This document shows, in pieces, positions 1 to 8,309 of a stretch of DNA of 64,000 nucleotides. Position 1 is the first letter of the stretch. The number at the start of each line of letters is the position of its first letter. The position numbers and the translations under genes are program-made. The notes below the pieces were generated by a model. The model had not been told where the DNA came from, did not search any database, and was given only the letters and a program-made list of their open reading frames with translations. The DNA is from an uncultured Planctomycetia bacterium (GTDB lineage Bacteria; Omnitrophota; Gorgyraeia; JABMRG01): the NCBI GenBank assembly GCA_964634945.1, contig CAZWMG010000006.1, forward strand, positions 736-64,735, read 5' to 3'.

Positions 1-1
1 A

Positions 2-469
2 ACCTCTGCCGAAGAACAAGAAAAAGAATTAAAAATAGGAAATTCATTTTATGTAAAGCTACATGGTTCGTTTAATTGGCGCAGTTCTGACCAACAGCAA
101 TTAATTATTACAGGCGAGAATAAAATTGAAAAAATAAAAACAGTTGGCCTGTTAAGTTGGTATTGGGATATTTTGCGTGATGTTTTAACTCAGGGTGATG
201 CAAAAGTACTTATTCTTGGATATGGCTTTAAGGATAAACATTTAAATCAGGTTTTAGAAAAAGCCATTTTTGAAAAAAATCTTAAGATATATATTCTTTC
301 ACCCGAGCCCTTTTCTTCTATGCGGGCAGCTGCAAAACAATATCAGTTTCATAAAGCATTGGAAGAAGGGTTAAGTGGCTATTTTCAGTCTGACCTACTT
401 GGACTTTTCCCTAGTGATCAGTCTGAAACACAACTTTTGCAAGATATCGAGGATTGTTTCTTTAAATAA
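2..469 (+). CDS. SIR2-like domain protein, C-terminal part (5' truncated by window)
   Basis: Frame open from position 2: YVKLHGSFNW ... VLILGYGFKDKHLN, the LHGS and GYxFxD motifs of SIR2-like (SIR2_2) proteins. Confidence 0.8.
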   Translation, partial: TSAEEQEKELKIGNSFYVKLHGSFNWRSSDQQQLIITGENKIEKIKTVGLLSWYWDILRDVLTQGDAKVLILGYGFKDKHLNQVLEKAIFEKNLKIYILSPEPFSSMRAAAKQYQFHKALEEGLSGYFQSDLLGLFPSDQSETQLLQDIEDCFFK

Positions 470-638
470 TTTGTTACTTTATGCTTTATAAATATATAAA
501 TAAAAGGGGTCAGGCTCCTTTTATAAAAGATGTAAAATTCACTAAAATTCGTGCTCAGGGGTGTCCCCTTTGGGACCGTCCCAGTTTTACATAATATATA
601 ATTCACTGCTATCTAAGCTTTACAATAAGGGGTAAAAA

Positions 639-1445
639 ATGAACTTAAATTTATCTATAAATCATTTTTTCAGATACGAATATGTGGGGCTTTTAACTCT
701 ATTTTACACTGAGCTCTACTTTCGCAATATTGGCTCTAAATTTTTAATATCAGAATTTAACCCGGCATTTATTGTTTTACTCGCTTTAATTATTGGTGCT
801 CCTATTTATTTTTTTTACAAAATATTGATTAGTGAAATAGTTATAGCTCAAATGCTCATACACCCACGCAAATCGGTACCTGCAGAATTAAGCATGAATG
901 TATTCCATTATATACAAAAAAAATACAAAATAAAACCACTTTATTCTGAAGATGCTCTTAGATTAGTGAGAACCACTTTTAAGCATAAAATGCAATCTGG
1001 GTTTCATCTACAACATTCGGAAATACATATGTGCTATCTAACTGCTGTTATTTCAATATTTTTCGGTTCTTTATTATTAAATCAGCATTATGAGTTCATA
1101 ATAGTAATGACCGGAGTTGTTTTCTTCTTGATAGGATGGCTAGCAGATATTCATCTTTGCAGGATTGAATGTGATTATCTTATACAACAGGACGAAAGTG
1201 AAATAAGATCTATTTTAGGCCAATTTCGCAAGGCTAATCTAAATAAAGAAGTAAATATGTCTTGCAATCCTAAAGAGAGTAAGTGCGGTTGTGGCTGTAT
1301 TGCATATATGCTTGGCATTATTGGAGCAGCAGTATACTATATATCAGCTGCAACTGGTTTTTGGACTGGAGCAGTAGGCCTTCTAAAATCACTGGTATGG
1401 CCAGCATTCTTAGTCTCTGGACTGCTTAAGTCTTTAGGGGCTTAG
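639..1445 (+). CDS. Hypothetical multi-pass membrane protein; last 62 aa resemble a separate small membrane protein
   Basis: 268-aa ORF with several hydrophobic helices; internal ATG at 1257 begins a Cys-rich, two-helix segment. Confidence 0.6.
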   Translation: MNLNLSINHFFRYEYVGLLTLFYTELYFRNIGSKFLISEFNPAFIVLLALIIGAPIYFFYKILISEIVIAQMLIHPRKSVPAELSMNVFHYIQKKYKIKPLYSEDALRLVRTTFKHKMQSGFHLQHSEIHMCYLTAVISIFFGSLLLNQHYEFIIVMTGVVFFLIGWLADIHLCRIECDYLIQQDESEIRSILGQFRKANLNKEVNMSCNPKESKCGCGCIAYMLGIIGAAVYYISAATGFWTGAVGLLKSLVWPAFLVSGLLKSLGA

Positions 1446-1649
1446 TAGAAAGGCACAAAGGAACTGTCCTTGGCTGTACACATGCTTAAATATTGATAAT
1501 ATACCAGTAATTAAAGATTATGATTATTGCGCCTATAGAGAGTCAGTAGAGGGGGTTTTGTAGTGGTTTAGAACTGTCCTTGGGTTTTGGTTTTTTATTA
1601 TTTTACCGCAAGGGGAATGGGAATAAGGGGCAAAAAAAAGGAGAGAAAA

Positions 1650-2324
1650 ATGGAAAATAATGCATCTTCAATCATTTGCAGTGCAGTGCGTGCTGTTGGA
1701 GTTATTAAACCAAAATTTGACCCAGCACAAGGAAACTTTTCGCCACCTAAGCTACGGATTGACGGAACTGGTTTTTGGCTTAAAAAGCATGAGGCTTTTA
1801 TTACATGCTCCCACGTTGTTCAAAATATTTTAGGGGCATCAATAGAGGTAGCTGGAATGCTTGTTGTTGGCGGAAATAATTTCGAATATCGCAAGGCAAC
1901 TATATCTATTATTGATGCTGTTCACGACCTAGCAGTGTTGCATGTTGAGGCAGACAAAGAATATCTTGATTCTCAAATAGCCACAGGTTTAGAAATAGCT
2001 GATCGCAACATCAACATCGCGGAGCAAGTAGCGTATGCGGGTTTCCCTTTTGGAAATGAATTGCTTAATAGTAGGCACTCTCCTACATATTCGGAGGGTG
2101 TAGTTGGTTCAGAAATACTTGAAGACACGATTCCTAAGACAATACAAATTTCTGGGTCAGTAGCCGGTGGTTACTCTGGTGCGCCTATAGCACTGAAAAG
2201 CGAGCCAAATAAGGTCATTTCTGTTTTAGCAAACTCGCCATCGAAAGAGGCAGGAGATGCAAGTATTTTTAGGGGAATCCACTGGAAGCATCTCAATAAA
2301 CTATTCGAGCTAATCAATTCCTGA
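1650..2324 (+). CDS. Trypsin-like serine protease (no signal peptide)
   Basis: Catalytic triad motifs TCSHVV, DLAVL, GGYSGAP; AAGGAG upstream of ATG 1650. Confidence 0.85.
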   Translation: MENNASSIICSAVRAVGVIKPKFDPAQGNFSPPKLRIDGTGFWLKKHEAFITCSHVVQNILGASIEVAGMLVVGGNNFEYRKATISIIDAVHDLAVLHVEADKEYLDSQIATGLEIADRNINIAEQVAYAGFPFGNELLNSRHSPTYSEGVVGSEILEDTIPKTIQISGSVAGGYSGAPIALKSEPNKVISVLANSPSKEAGDASIFRGIHWKHLNKLFELINS

Positions 2325-2424
2325 ACACTGACAATTCAGGAGACGGAATACTGTAAAGCGGTACACCCAAATCAACTAAAATAGGGAAATAGCATGACAA
2401 CAAAAAACGGAAAAAGAAAAGCAT

Positions 2425-2877
2425 ATGATATCACTAGGAATTGATTTACAAAAAGGTTTTGTAAGATACTCCATTCTGGCTGGGACTAAAAATAACCCAA
2501 AACTAACTAAAAAAGATCGCATTGCAATTCCTAGCATTCCTAATACCAAAAATCTGCTAAACTGGTTTGAGTCATACTTTCAATCACTCCTAAACAAGGA
2601 AAATCCAAACACGGTTTCTTACCGAGTTTCCGAAAATCCAAGCAGAAAACAATTTCCCTATTTAATATACCCATATGCTATTTTAAATTTATTGTGTTTT
2701 AGAGGTAATCTACAAATACATGAATACATAACAAGAAACATAACCCCTAAAAAACTAAGCTTCCAACCAAGTGAAGATAAGTATGTAATATGCGATAAGG
2801 TTTTTGGTAAAAACCCACCGTACTGGGATATTAGCCAAAAAAACTCAATACTTGTTGCCTGGCTATCTTTAACTTAA
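2425..2877 (+). CDS. Hypothetical protein, possible RuvC/RNase H-like fold
   Basis: N-terminal SLGID strand; C-terminal WD..SILVAW helix; 150 aa. Confidence 0.5.
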   Translation: MISLGIDLQKGFVRYSILAGTKNNPKLTKKDRIAIPSIPNTKNLLNWFESYFQSLLNKENPNTVSYRVSENPSRKQFPYLIYPYAILNLLCFRGNLQIHEYITRNITPKKLSFQPSEDKYVICDKVFGKNPPYWDISQKNSILVAWLSLT

Positions 2878-2889
2878 ATACACATTTTT

Positions 2890-3903
2890 ATGGAAAAAAT
2901 GATTGCTGAAAAATACAAACTTATCACTCCGCTAGGCAAAGGTAGATATGCTACAGTCTGGCTTGCAATTGACACTGCCCTACAAAGAGAGAAAGCAATT
3001 AAAATTCTAAATGCTTCTAATTCTGATGAATACATTCATGATTGCTTGGAAGAAGCAAGGACTTTGAACAAGTGTGAGCATAAGCATATTGTAAAAATTA
3101 ACGAAGCTCACAAGCATGTAGAGGGTGATAGCAAAACAGTAATTATTGACATGGAATACATAAAAAAAGGCTCTCTTGAGCAATTCATGAAGAAAGAATT
3201 TTTAACTTGTTGTTCTGCTATACAGCACACATGTGACATTTTGTTTGGACTAGAACATGCACATAATCTTGGGATAGTGCATAAAGATATTAAACCAGGA
3301 AACATAATGCTGGGCATTAATCATGCTAAGTTGTCTGATTTTGGTTTAGCTGCACGTAAAGACAAAAACCATAGCACCTACTTTAGCCATTTAGCTCCAG
3401 AATATTTTACTCAAAAAGTGCAAAATGTACAAACAGATATTTTTGCTGTCGGTATAACTTTATACAGATTACTAGCTAATGTTACTGACTGGAAGAAGTC
3501 AAAATCAACGGTTCGCAATCTTGATGCTAAAGTTAAGTCTGGCAAATTACTAAAATATTTAGAGTGGCCTCCCTATGTGCCATTAAAAATCAAAAGGCTT
3601 GTTTTGAAAGCTTCTAATCCAAACTTAACCTTACGATATGCTAATGCTTCTGCAATGCGCAGAGGATTAGAGTCTCTAAAATTTAGTATTGATTGGAAAA
3701 AAATAGGTAAAATGAGCTGGGTAGGCCGCGACATCACAAAGGATGATGAATGGAGTATTGATTGTGAAGCAAAACAGTTTATTCGAGTTATAGTAAAAAA
3801 GAACAGAAGGAGAGTAGCTAGCCATTGCGCTACTTTCCCAAATATAAAAAAAGCGGATGAATACATAAGTAACCATGTTGCGCAAACAATACTCGTCACC
3901 TAG
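2890..3903 (+). CDS. Hanks-type Ser/Thr protein kinase
   Basis: GKGRYATV, AIK, HKDIKPGN, DFG, APE, DIFAVG motifs. Confidence 0.92.
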   Translation: MEKMIAEKYKLITPLGKGRYATVWLAIDTALQREKAIKILNASNSDEYIHDCLEEARTLNKCEHKHIVKINEAHKHVEGDSKTVIIDMEYIKKGSLEQFMKKEFLTCCSAIQHTCDILFGLEHAHNLGIVHKDIKPGNIMLGINHAKLSDFGLAARKDKNHSTYFSHLAPEYFTQKVQNVQTDIFAVGITLYRLLANVTDWKKSKSTVRNLDAKVKSGKLLKYLEWPPYVPLKIKRLVLKASNPNLTLRYANASAMRRGLESLKFSIDWKKIGKMSWVGRDITKDDEWSIDCEAKQFIRVIVKKNRRRVASHCATFPNIKKADEYISNHVAQTILVT

Positions 3904-3912
3904 AACAACAAT

Positions 3913-3972
3913 AAAAGAGGCTTGACATTGAGCCTCTTTTATTGTATATTAGTTATGAGCATATGCTTATAA
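3913..3972 (+). promoter_or_regulatory. Hairpin after the kinase overlapping a sigma70 promoter, plus a palindromic operator upstream of the DUF134 gene
   Basis: AAAAGAGGCT...AGCCTCTTTT stem; TTGACA(3922)-17 bp-TATATT(3945); near-palindrome TTATGAGCATATGCTTATAA at 3953-3972. Confidence 0.65.
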
Positions 3973-3990
3973 GTAATAGGGGGTATAGGA

Positions 3991-4296
3991 GTGCCTAGGA
4001 AACCGATAGGAAGACCTGTAAAGACAAGGTATATCAAGGCAGAGCCGGAGATAATACAGTTCAGCCCCAGGGGCCGGCCTGGAAGGCCTGATGAGGTTGA
4101 GCTTTCTATGGATCAATATGAAGCATTAAGATTAGCGGACCATAAAATAATGCCGCATAACGCGGCTGGTAAGATCATGGGAATTTCGCGTCAGACCTTT
4201 GAGAGAATACTTAGGAAAGCTAGAAATAAAATCGCGGATGGTATTGTAAATGGCAAGATTATCAGGATTGAAGGCGGCACGGTTAAGGTTGGATAA
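3991..4296 (+). CDS. DUF134 family DNA-binding protein
   Basis: F.P.G ... EALRLAD ... MGISRQTFERIL..AR.KIADGIVNGK.I.IEGG pattern. Confidence 0.88.
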   Translation: MPRKPIGRPVKTRYIKAEPEIIQFSPRGRPGRPDEVELSMDQYEALRLADHKIMPHNAAGKIMGISRQTFERILRKARNKIADGIVNGKIIRIEGGTVKVG

Positions 4297-4426
4297 AAGG
4301 TAAAAGGAAAAAGGTTAAAGGTTAAAATAGAAAACTGGCAGAAAAATCGGCTTTTAGAGCTGTTAAAAAGGCTTGTGAGAGGGCTTAGAATGGACGTTCT
4401 TTTGACAGGCAGGGCAAAGATAAGCT

Positions 4427-4474
4427 AGATTCTTTCCGCCGTAGGCGGACTGACGCGCTTCGCACTCAGAATGG
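4427..4474. repeat. REP-like palindromic unit
   Basis: AGATTCT...CTTCGCACTCAGAAT frame enclosing a TCCGCC-GTA-GGCGGA hairpin; the same hairpin type recurs near 35938. Confidence 0.45.
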
Positions 4475-4514
4475 GCATAATACTAAAAATATGGTGATAT
4501 TTCAAGGAGAAAAA

Positions 4515-4838
4515 ATGGCTGAAAAAAACTTAAAAGAGTGGCAGATATTGCGCAAAAAATTGCTTGAAAATTACTTCTTTTACAGGGGTGGTTGTGAGAT
4601 AGATGGCATAGCAGTATGGCCAAAAAATATGGGGGAACATGTTGGCGTTTCCGAACGAATAGCAGAATACTGGCTAAAGGGCAAGTATATACCAACCAAG
4701 AGGCACATCACTAAAATAAGAACCTATTGTGAACGCCTAAAACCACTTCCGGAATTTTCTGCAGAAATAAAAGAATACCAGCAAGAACTTTTAAAATCAG
4801 CTGAAGGCATACTGCAAACACTCAAACTAGAAGACTAA
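4515..4838 (+). CDS. Hypothetical protein with XRE-like helix-turn-helix
   Basis: MGEHVGVSERIAEYWLKGKYIP; AAGGAG upstream of ATG 4515. Confidence 0.55.
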   Translation: MAEKNLKEWQILRKKLLENYFFYRGGCEIDGIAVWPKNMGEHVGVSERIAEYWLKGKYIPTKRHITKIRTYCERLKPLPEFSAEIKEYQQELLKSAEGILQTLKLED

Positions 4839-4908
4839 ATCCCAGCTTAATCTCAGAATAGAAAACAAAAAAAGCACCTCTCTTTGCTTCAATATGCATA
4901 CTTCTGAA

Positions 4909-4936
4909 TTGGACTATAATATATCTTATGTTAACT
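4909..4936 (+). other. dif: Candidate dif site (XerC/XerD recombination site)
   Basis: TTGGACTATAA-TATATC-TTATGTTAACT: 11-6-11 layout, XerD-like arm and inner ATAA/TTAT symmetry; intergenic. Confidence 0.7.
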
Positions 4937-5230
4937 ATACAGTATAGCAGCCCTTAGCGTAAGCCTTTATATCACTGCACTTATGGAGTTGTCCAGAACA
5001 CTTGTGGATATCCCTCTAAAACCCGTATCAAAGAACCTTAAAATATCTCAAGTACTATCAAGCTCTACAATCTTGTCAAGAATTTTTTTGTCAAATCGTC
5101 AAAAAATTTTCCACAAAGACAGATTAATAAAAACGTCTTGCATAAATAATTTTGTTGACACTTATACCTAATTCTGCTACTTTACATACACAAAACCTTA
5201 CAAAACTTTAATTTTCTGTGGATAAATATT

Positions 5231-6232
5231 ATGTTAAACATCGGATCGTATAGGCTCAAATCAAGGCTCGTTTTGGCCCCCCTTTCAGGCTGCTCTGATC
5301 TGCCATTTCGGGCAATGTGCAAGGCTCATGGCTGCAAGTTTGCGTTTTATGAGATGCTGGATGCCCATGGCTTGACCTATGGACATAAGCGCACCTTATC
5401 AATGCTGGGCTCTGACAAAGTTGACTCTCCGATTGGGGCTCAGATTTTAGGCCATGATCCTGAAAGAGTTTTAGAAGCTGCAAATATTATCATAGCCAAT
5501 TCAAAACCAAAAATAATAGATCTGAATTGCGGGTGCCCTGCCTTAAAAGTACTTAAGAAAAAGTGCGGCGCCTATCTTCTTAAAGAGCCAAGGCAGGCTG
5601 GCAAGATCATCAAGAAACTGGCATCCTCTCTCTCTATTCCTATTACAGTGAAGGTAAGAGCCGGCTGGGGTAAGGAGCATAAAAATGAGGGCTTGTTACT
5701 GGCAAAAATAGCGCAGGATAATGGCGCAAAAGGGGTATTTTTCCATGGCAGAAGCTGTTCTCAGGGGTACTCAGGAAAGACTACTTATGAGCCTATAAAA
5801 CAGGCTAAAAATGAGCTAAACATACCGGTTATTGGCAGTGGTGATATACTATCTCCTGAACTTGCTAAAGATATGCTTGATAAGACAGATTGTGATGGTA
5901 TATTAGTGGCCAGGGGCGCTTTTGGAACCCCTTGGATATTTGAACAGATAGAAAAGTACCTAAAAGACGGCCTACCTCCTTCCCCTGCGTCTTATGAAAA
6001 AATTGTAAATACAGCTAAAGAGCATTTAACTATATATAAGAATTGGAGAAAAACTACCTCAGAAAAGTACTATGTAGGACACCTAAGAAAAGTGGCGATA
6101 TGGTATTCTAAGGGCCTGCCCTACTCAAAAAGAGCGCGTGAAGACATAAGTTGCTCAAAAGGTTTTGATGAAATCATAGGTGTCTTAGATAAGCTGAAAA
6201 GTGATTATGATATCAAGTGGTTAAAAAGATAA
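5231..6232 (+). CDS. dusB: tRNA dihydrouridine synthase
   Basis: LAPLSG, IDLNCGCP, ITVKVRAGW, HGRS, SGDI, ARGAFG motifs. Confidence 0.92.
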   Translation: MLNIGSYRLKSRLVLAPLSGCSDLPFRAMCKAHGCKFAFYEMLDAHGLTYGHKRTLSMLGSDKVDSPIGAQILGHDPERVLEAANIIIANSKPKIIDLNCGCPALKVLKKKCGAYLLKEPRQAGKIIKKLASSLSIPITVKVRAGWGKEHKNEGLLLAKIAQDNGAKGVFFHGRSCSQGYSGKTTYEPIKQAKNELNIPVIGSGDILSPELAKDMLDKTDCDGILVARGAFGTPWIFEQIEKYLKDGLPPSPASYEKIVNTAKEHLTIYKNWRKTTSEKYYVGHLRKVAIWYSKGLPYSKRAREDISCSKGFDEIIGVLDKLKSDYDIKWLKR

Positions 6233-6260
6233 AGGATTAGGCAGAAGGATCAAGAGATAA

Positions 6261-6512
6261 TTAAGCCTGAGCTACCTTATGCAGTAATTCTGATATAAAG
6301 GTTTGGTATTTGATACCGAACTTCTTTGCCTTTTGCCTTATGCTAGCAAGATCTCCACTATTAACACGGATGTTTAATACAGCATCTTTCTTACGAGCAG
6401 CCACAGATCTTGCAATTATATCAAACTCTTTTTTTGACACATTCACATACTCTTTTTTAAGCAAAGCGTCTTCAATCGCTTTTTCATTCTTAGCTAGCTT
6501 TATTTGTCTCAT
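6261..6512 (-). CDS. Antitoxin, BrnA/CopG-like (ribbon-helix-helix)
   Basis: KDAVLNIRV...AKKFGIKYQTFISELL; overlaps the toxin stop. Confidence 0.8.
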   Translation of the reverse strand: MRQIKLAKNEKAIEDALLKKEYVNVSKKEFDIIARSVAARKKDAVLNIRVNSGDLASIRQKAKKFGIKYQTFISELLHKVAQA

Positions 6513-6769
6513 TTTAACTTGCCCTCCTTGTAAAGCTTGGTAAATTTTCTACTCGGGTATAAAGTTTTCAAAAATATACTATCTCTATCCTCAATGTATG
6601 GCACAATCCATATATATCTTTTATAATAAAAAAGTAGTATCCTCTGATTGGACCTCTTTGGATGTTTCTTAACCGCTATAAGCTTTGCACCAATCAATTC
6701 ATCAAAAGACACAGCACGTGCCTTTTTAAGTCGTTCACTTTTTAAAATACTCCACCTAATAGTCTTCAT
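6509..6769 (-). CDS. BrnT-like toxin
   Basis: WS..KSE.LKK.R.VSFDE ... HP...NQ ... VPY ... FLKTLYPSRK; toxin-first operon. Confidence 0.8.
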   Translation of the reverse strand: MKTIRWSILKSERLKKARAVSFDELIGAKLIAVKKHPKRSNQRILLFYYKRYIWIVPYIEDRDSIFLKTLYPSRKFTKLYKEGKLK

Positions 6770-6784
6770 AAAATAGTTTCAGTA

Positions 6785-6833
6785 TGTATACATTATTGTA
6801 TATACAATATATCAAGATTTCACATATATGTCA
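6785..6833 (-). promoter_or_regulatory. Promoter/operator of the BrnT-like TA operon
   Basis: Palindromes TGTATACA and ATTGTATATACAAT; TTGACA on the minus strand near 6828-6833. Confidence 0.55.
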
Positions 6834-6849
6834 AGGGAAAAATCTGAAA

Positions 6850-6979
6850 GTACTCGAAGGGCCTGCCCTACTCAAAAAGAGCGCGTGAAGACATAAGCCG
6901 CTCAAAAGGTTTTGATGAAATCATAGGTGTCTTAGATAAGCTGAAAAGCGATTATGCTATTAAGTGGCTAAAAAGGTAA
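6850..6979 (+). repeat. Direct repeat of the dusB 3' end (copy of 6103-6232)
   Basis: 130-bp ungapped alignment with 9 mismatches, including the stop codon. Confidence 0.95.
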
Positions 6980-6982
6980 AAA

Positions 6983-7255
6983 TTACAAGATTTTCCTTGA
7001 AGCCTTCTTATAGATATCTCTTCTATGCCCAACGGTTAGAACGATGATCAAGATTTGCTGATGTAAGATCTTGTATATTATACGGTAATCTCCAGAGCGG
7101 TAAGAATGCAAACCAGAAAGCCTCTTTGTTAAGCATTTTCCTATCAAAGGGTCATGGGCAATGCGCTGTATCGCGTCTTTTACTTGGCGCTTCTTCTTAG
7201 CAGATAAGGTAGTTATATTGCCTGTAGCTTCTTTTGTGAATTTAACATTATACAT
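6983..7255 (-). CDS. RelE/ParE family toxin
   Basis: P.IGK.L...LSGLHSYRSGDYRIIYKI ... VGHRRDIY. Confidence 0.9.
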   Translation of the reverse strand: MYNVKFTKEATGNITTLSAKKKRQVKDAIQRIAHDPLIGKCLTKRLSGLHSYRSGDYRIIYKILHQQILIIVLTVGHRRDIYKKASRKIL

Positions 7256-7499
7256 CACCAAAAACTTCCTCAAATGTAAAAAGCCTGCCTTCTTTTATAT
7301 CTTTTTTAGCTTTTTGGATAGAGGCTAGCATATTCTTATCAGCCATAATTTCAAGCGTCTCCAGCTCTTCCGGAGAAAGCATAACAGCCTCTGCCCTGCC
7401 ATTTCTGGTGATAATCAAGTGTTTGCCAAAATGAGCTATTTTTTTAATCAACTCAGGCAATTTGCCTCTTGCTTCTGATATAGGAACTATATAATCCAT
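7248..7499 (-). CDS. Phd/YefM family antitoxin
   Basis: ISEARGKLPELI ... IITRNGRAEAVMLS.EE.ETLEI; GGAGG upstream of ATG 7499. Confidence 0.9.
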   Translation of the reverse strand: MDYIVPISEARGKLPELIKKIAHFGKHLIITRNGRAEAVMLSPEELETLEIMADKNMLASIQKAKKDIKEGRLFTFEEVFGDV

Positions 7500-7518
7500 T
7501 TGCCTCACCTCCAAAGTA

Positions 7519-7547
7519 ATTGTACAATATTTTGTACAATATGTCAA
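7519..7547 (-). promoter_or_regulatory. YefM-type operator/promoter
   Basis: Two TGTACA palindromes (7521, 7533) 12 bp apart, as in the yefM-yoeB operator, next to TTGACA on the minus strand. Confidence 0.75.
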
Positions 7548-7574
7548 TAGCTAGTATGAAATTCCTAAAATTTA

Positions 7575-8006
7575 TTATTGAAGTTTTGATGAGTGAGAAG
7601 TAGCGCGCGTTTTCTTAAAAAATAACCAGGTATTATCTTTACCATCTTTAGGGGTAAATTTTAATAGGCAATATTGGCCTGTTAATCTCTTGCCATGCAA
7701 GTCAAATACAATCTCTTTTTTATCTGCTTTTATTAGGCCATATGTGCCTTTGTCCCATATCTCTACTGTGCCCGCGCCATAATGGCCCTGCGGTATCTCC
7801 CCTTCAAAATCAGCATAATCCAATGCATGGTCCTCAACCTTAATAGCTAGTCGCCTTACACCTGGCACTACAGGCGGTTCTTTTGGTATAGCCCAGCTTT
7901 TTAAGGCCCTTTCTCTCTCAAGCCTAAAGTCGTAATGCAGATGTGAGGCATTATGCTTTTGTACAACAAATATAAGCTGTTTGCGCTGTTTTTGATTATT
8001 TTTCAT
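7575..8006 (-). CDS. Stand-alone LigD 3'-phosphoesterase domain protein
   Basis: FVVQKHNASHLHYDFRLE, KSWAIPK, RLAIKVEDH, YGAGTVEIWDKG. Confidence 0.92.
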   Translation of the reverse strand: MKNNQKQRKQLIFVVQKHNASHLHYDFRLERERALKSWAIPKEPPVVPGVRRLAIKVEDHALDYADFEGEIPQGHYGAGTVEIWDKGTYGLIKADKKEIVFDLHGKRLTGQYCLLKFTPKDGKDNTWLFFKKTRATSHSSKLQ

Positions 8007-8024
8007 ATTTGCCTAATCGTTATG

Positions 8025-8186
8025 TTAAAATTTATGGCTCACCTTAGCTCTTGGACCTTTCAATTCAAAATCTGTCTGAGTACCTAAATCCGCTGGATTG
8101 GACTTATTCTTCTTTGTCGCATGCAACTTAATTGAAGCGCAGCCACTAACAAGGGCCAATATAATAAACATAAAAAATACTCTCAT
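8025..8186 (-). CDS. Small putative lipoprotein (53 aa, below the ORF-track cutoff)
   Basis: MRVFFMFIILALVSGCASIKL...VSHKF; lipobox VSGC. Confidence 0.6.
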   Translation of the reverse strand: MRVFFMFIILALVSGCASIKLHATKKNKSNPADLGTQTDFELKGPRAKVSHKF

Positions 8187-8309
8187 ATTATAATATTATA
8201 GTTTTGTTATATAGAAATAGCAAGAATGAATTACGAATAGACATAGGAAGATTTTGTATTAGATGCTGGTTTTTAATGATATGCGATTATAATGGGAATT
8301 TTAAAAATA

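Noticed and set aside
4995-5230. DnaA-box-like 9-mers (TGTGGATAT, TTTTCCACA, TGTGGATAA) suggesting oriC
   Set aside because: Only one perfect box, no dnaA/dnaN nearby, genes converge rather than diverge here, and a dif-like site is adjacent.
5212-5239. Additional XerD-like arms TTATGTTAAA at 5229 and 8020
   Set aside because: No XerC-like arm ending in ATAA at 6-bp spacing; the first overlaps the dusB start.
7575-8006. NHEJ system
   Set aside because: Only the phosphoesterase domain is present, with no Ku or ligase in the window; stand-alone forms are known.
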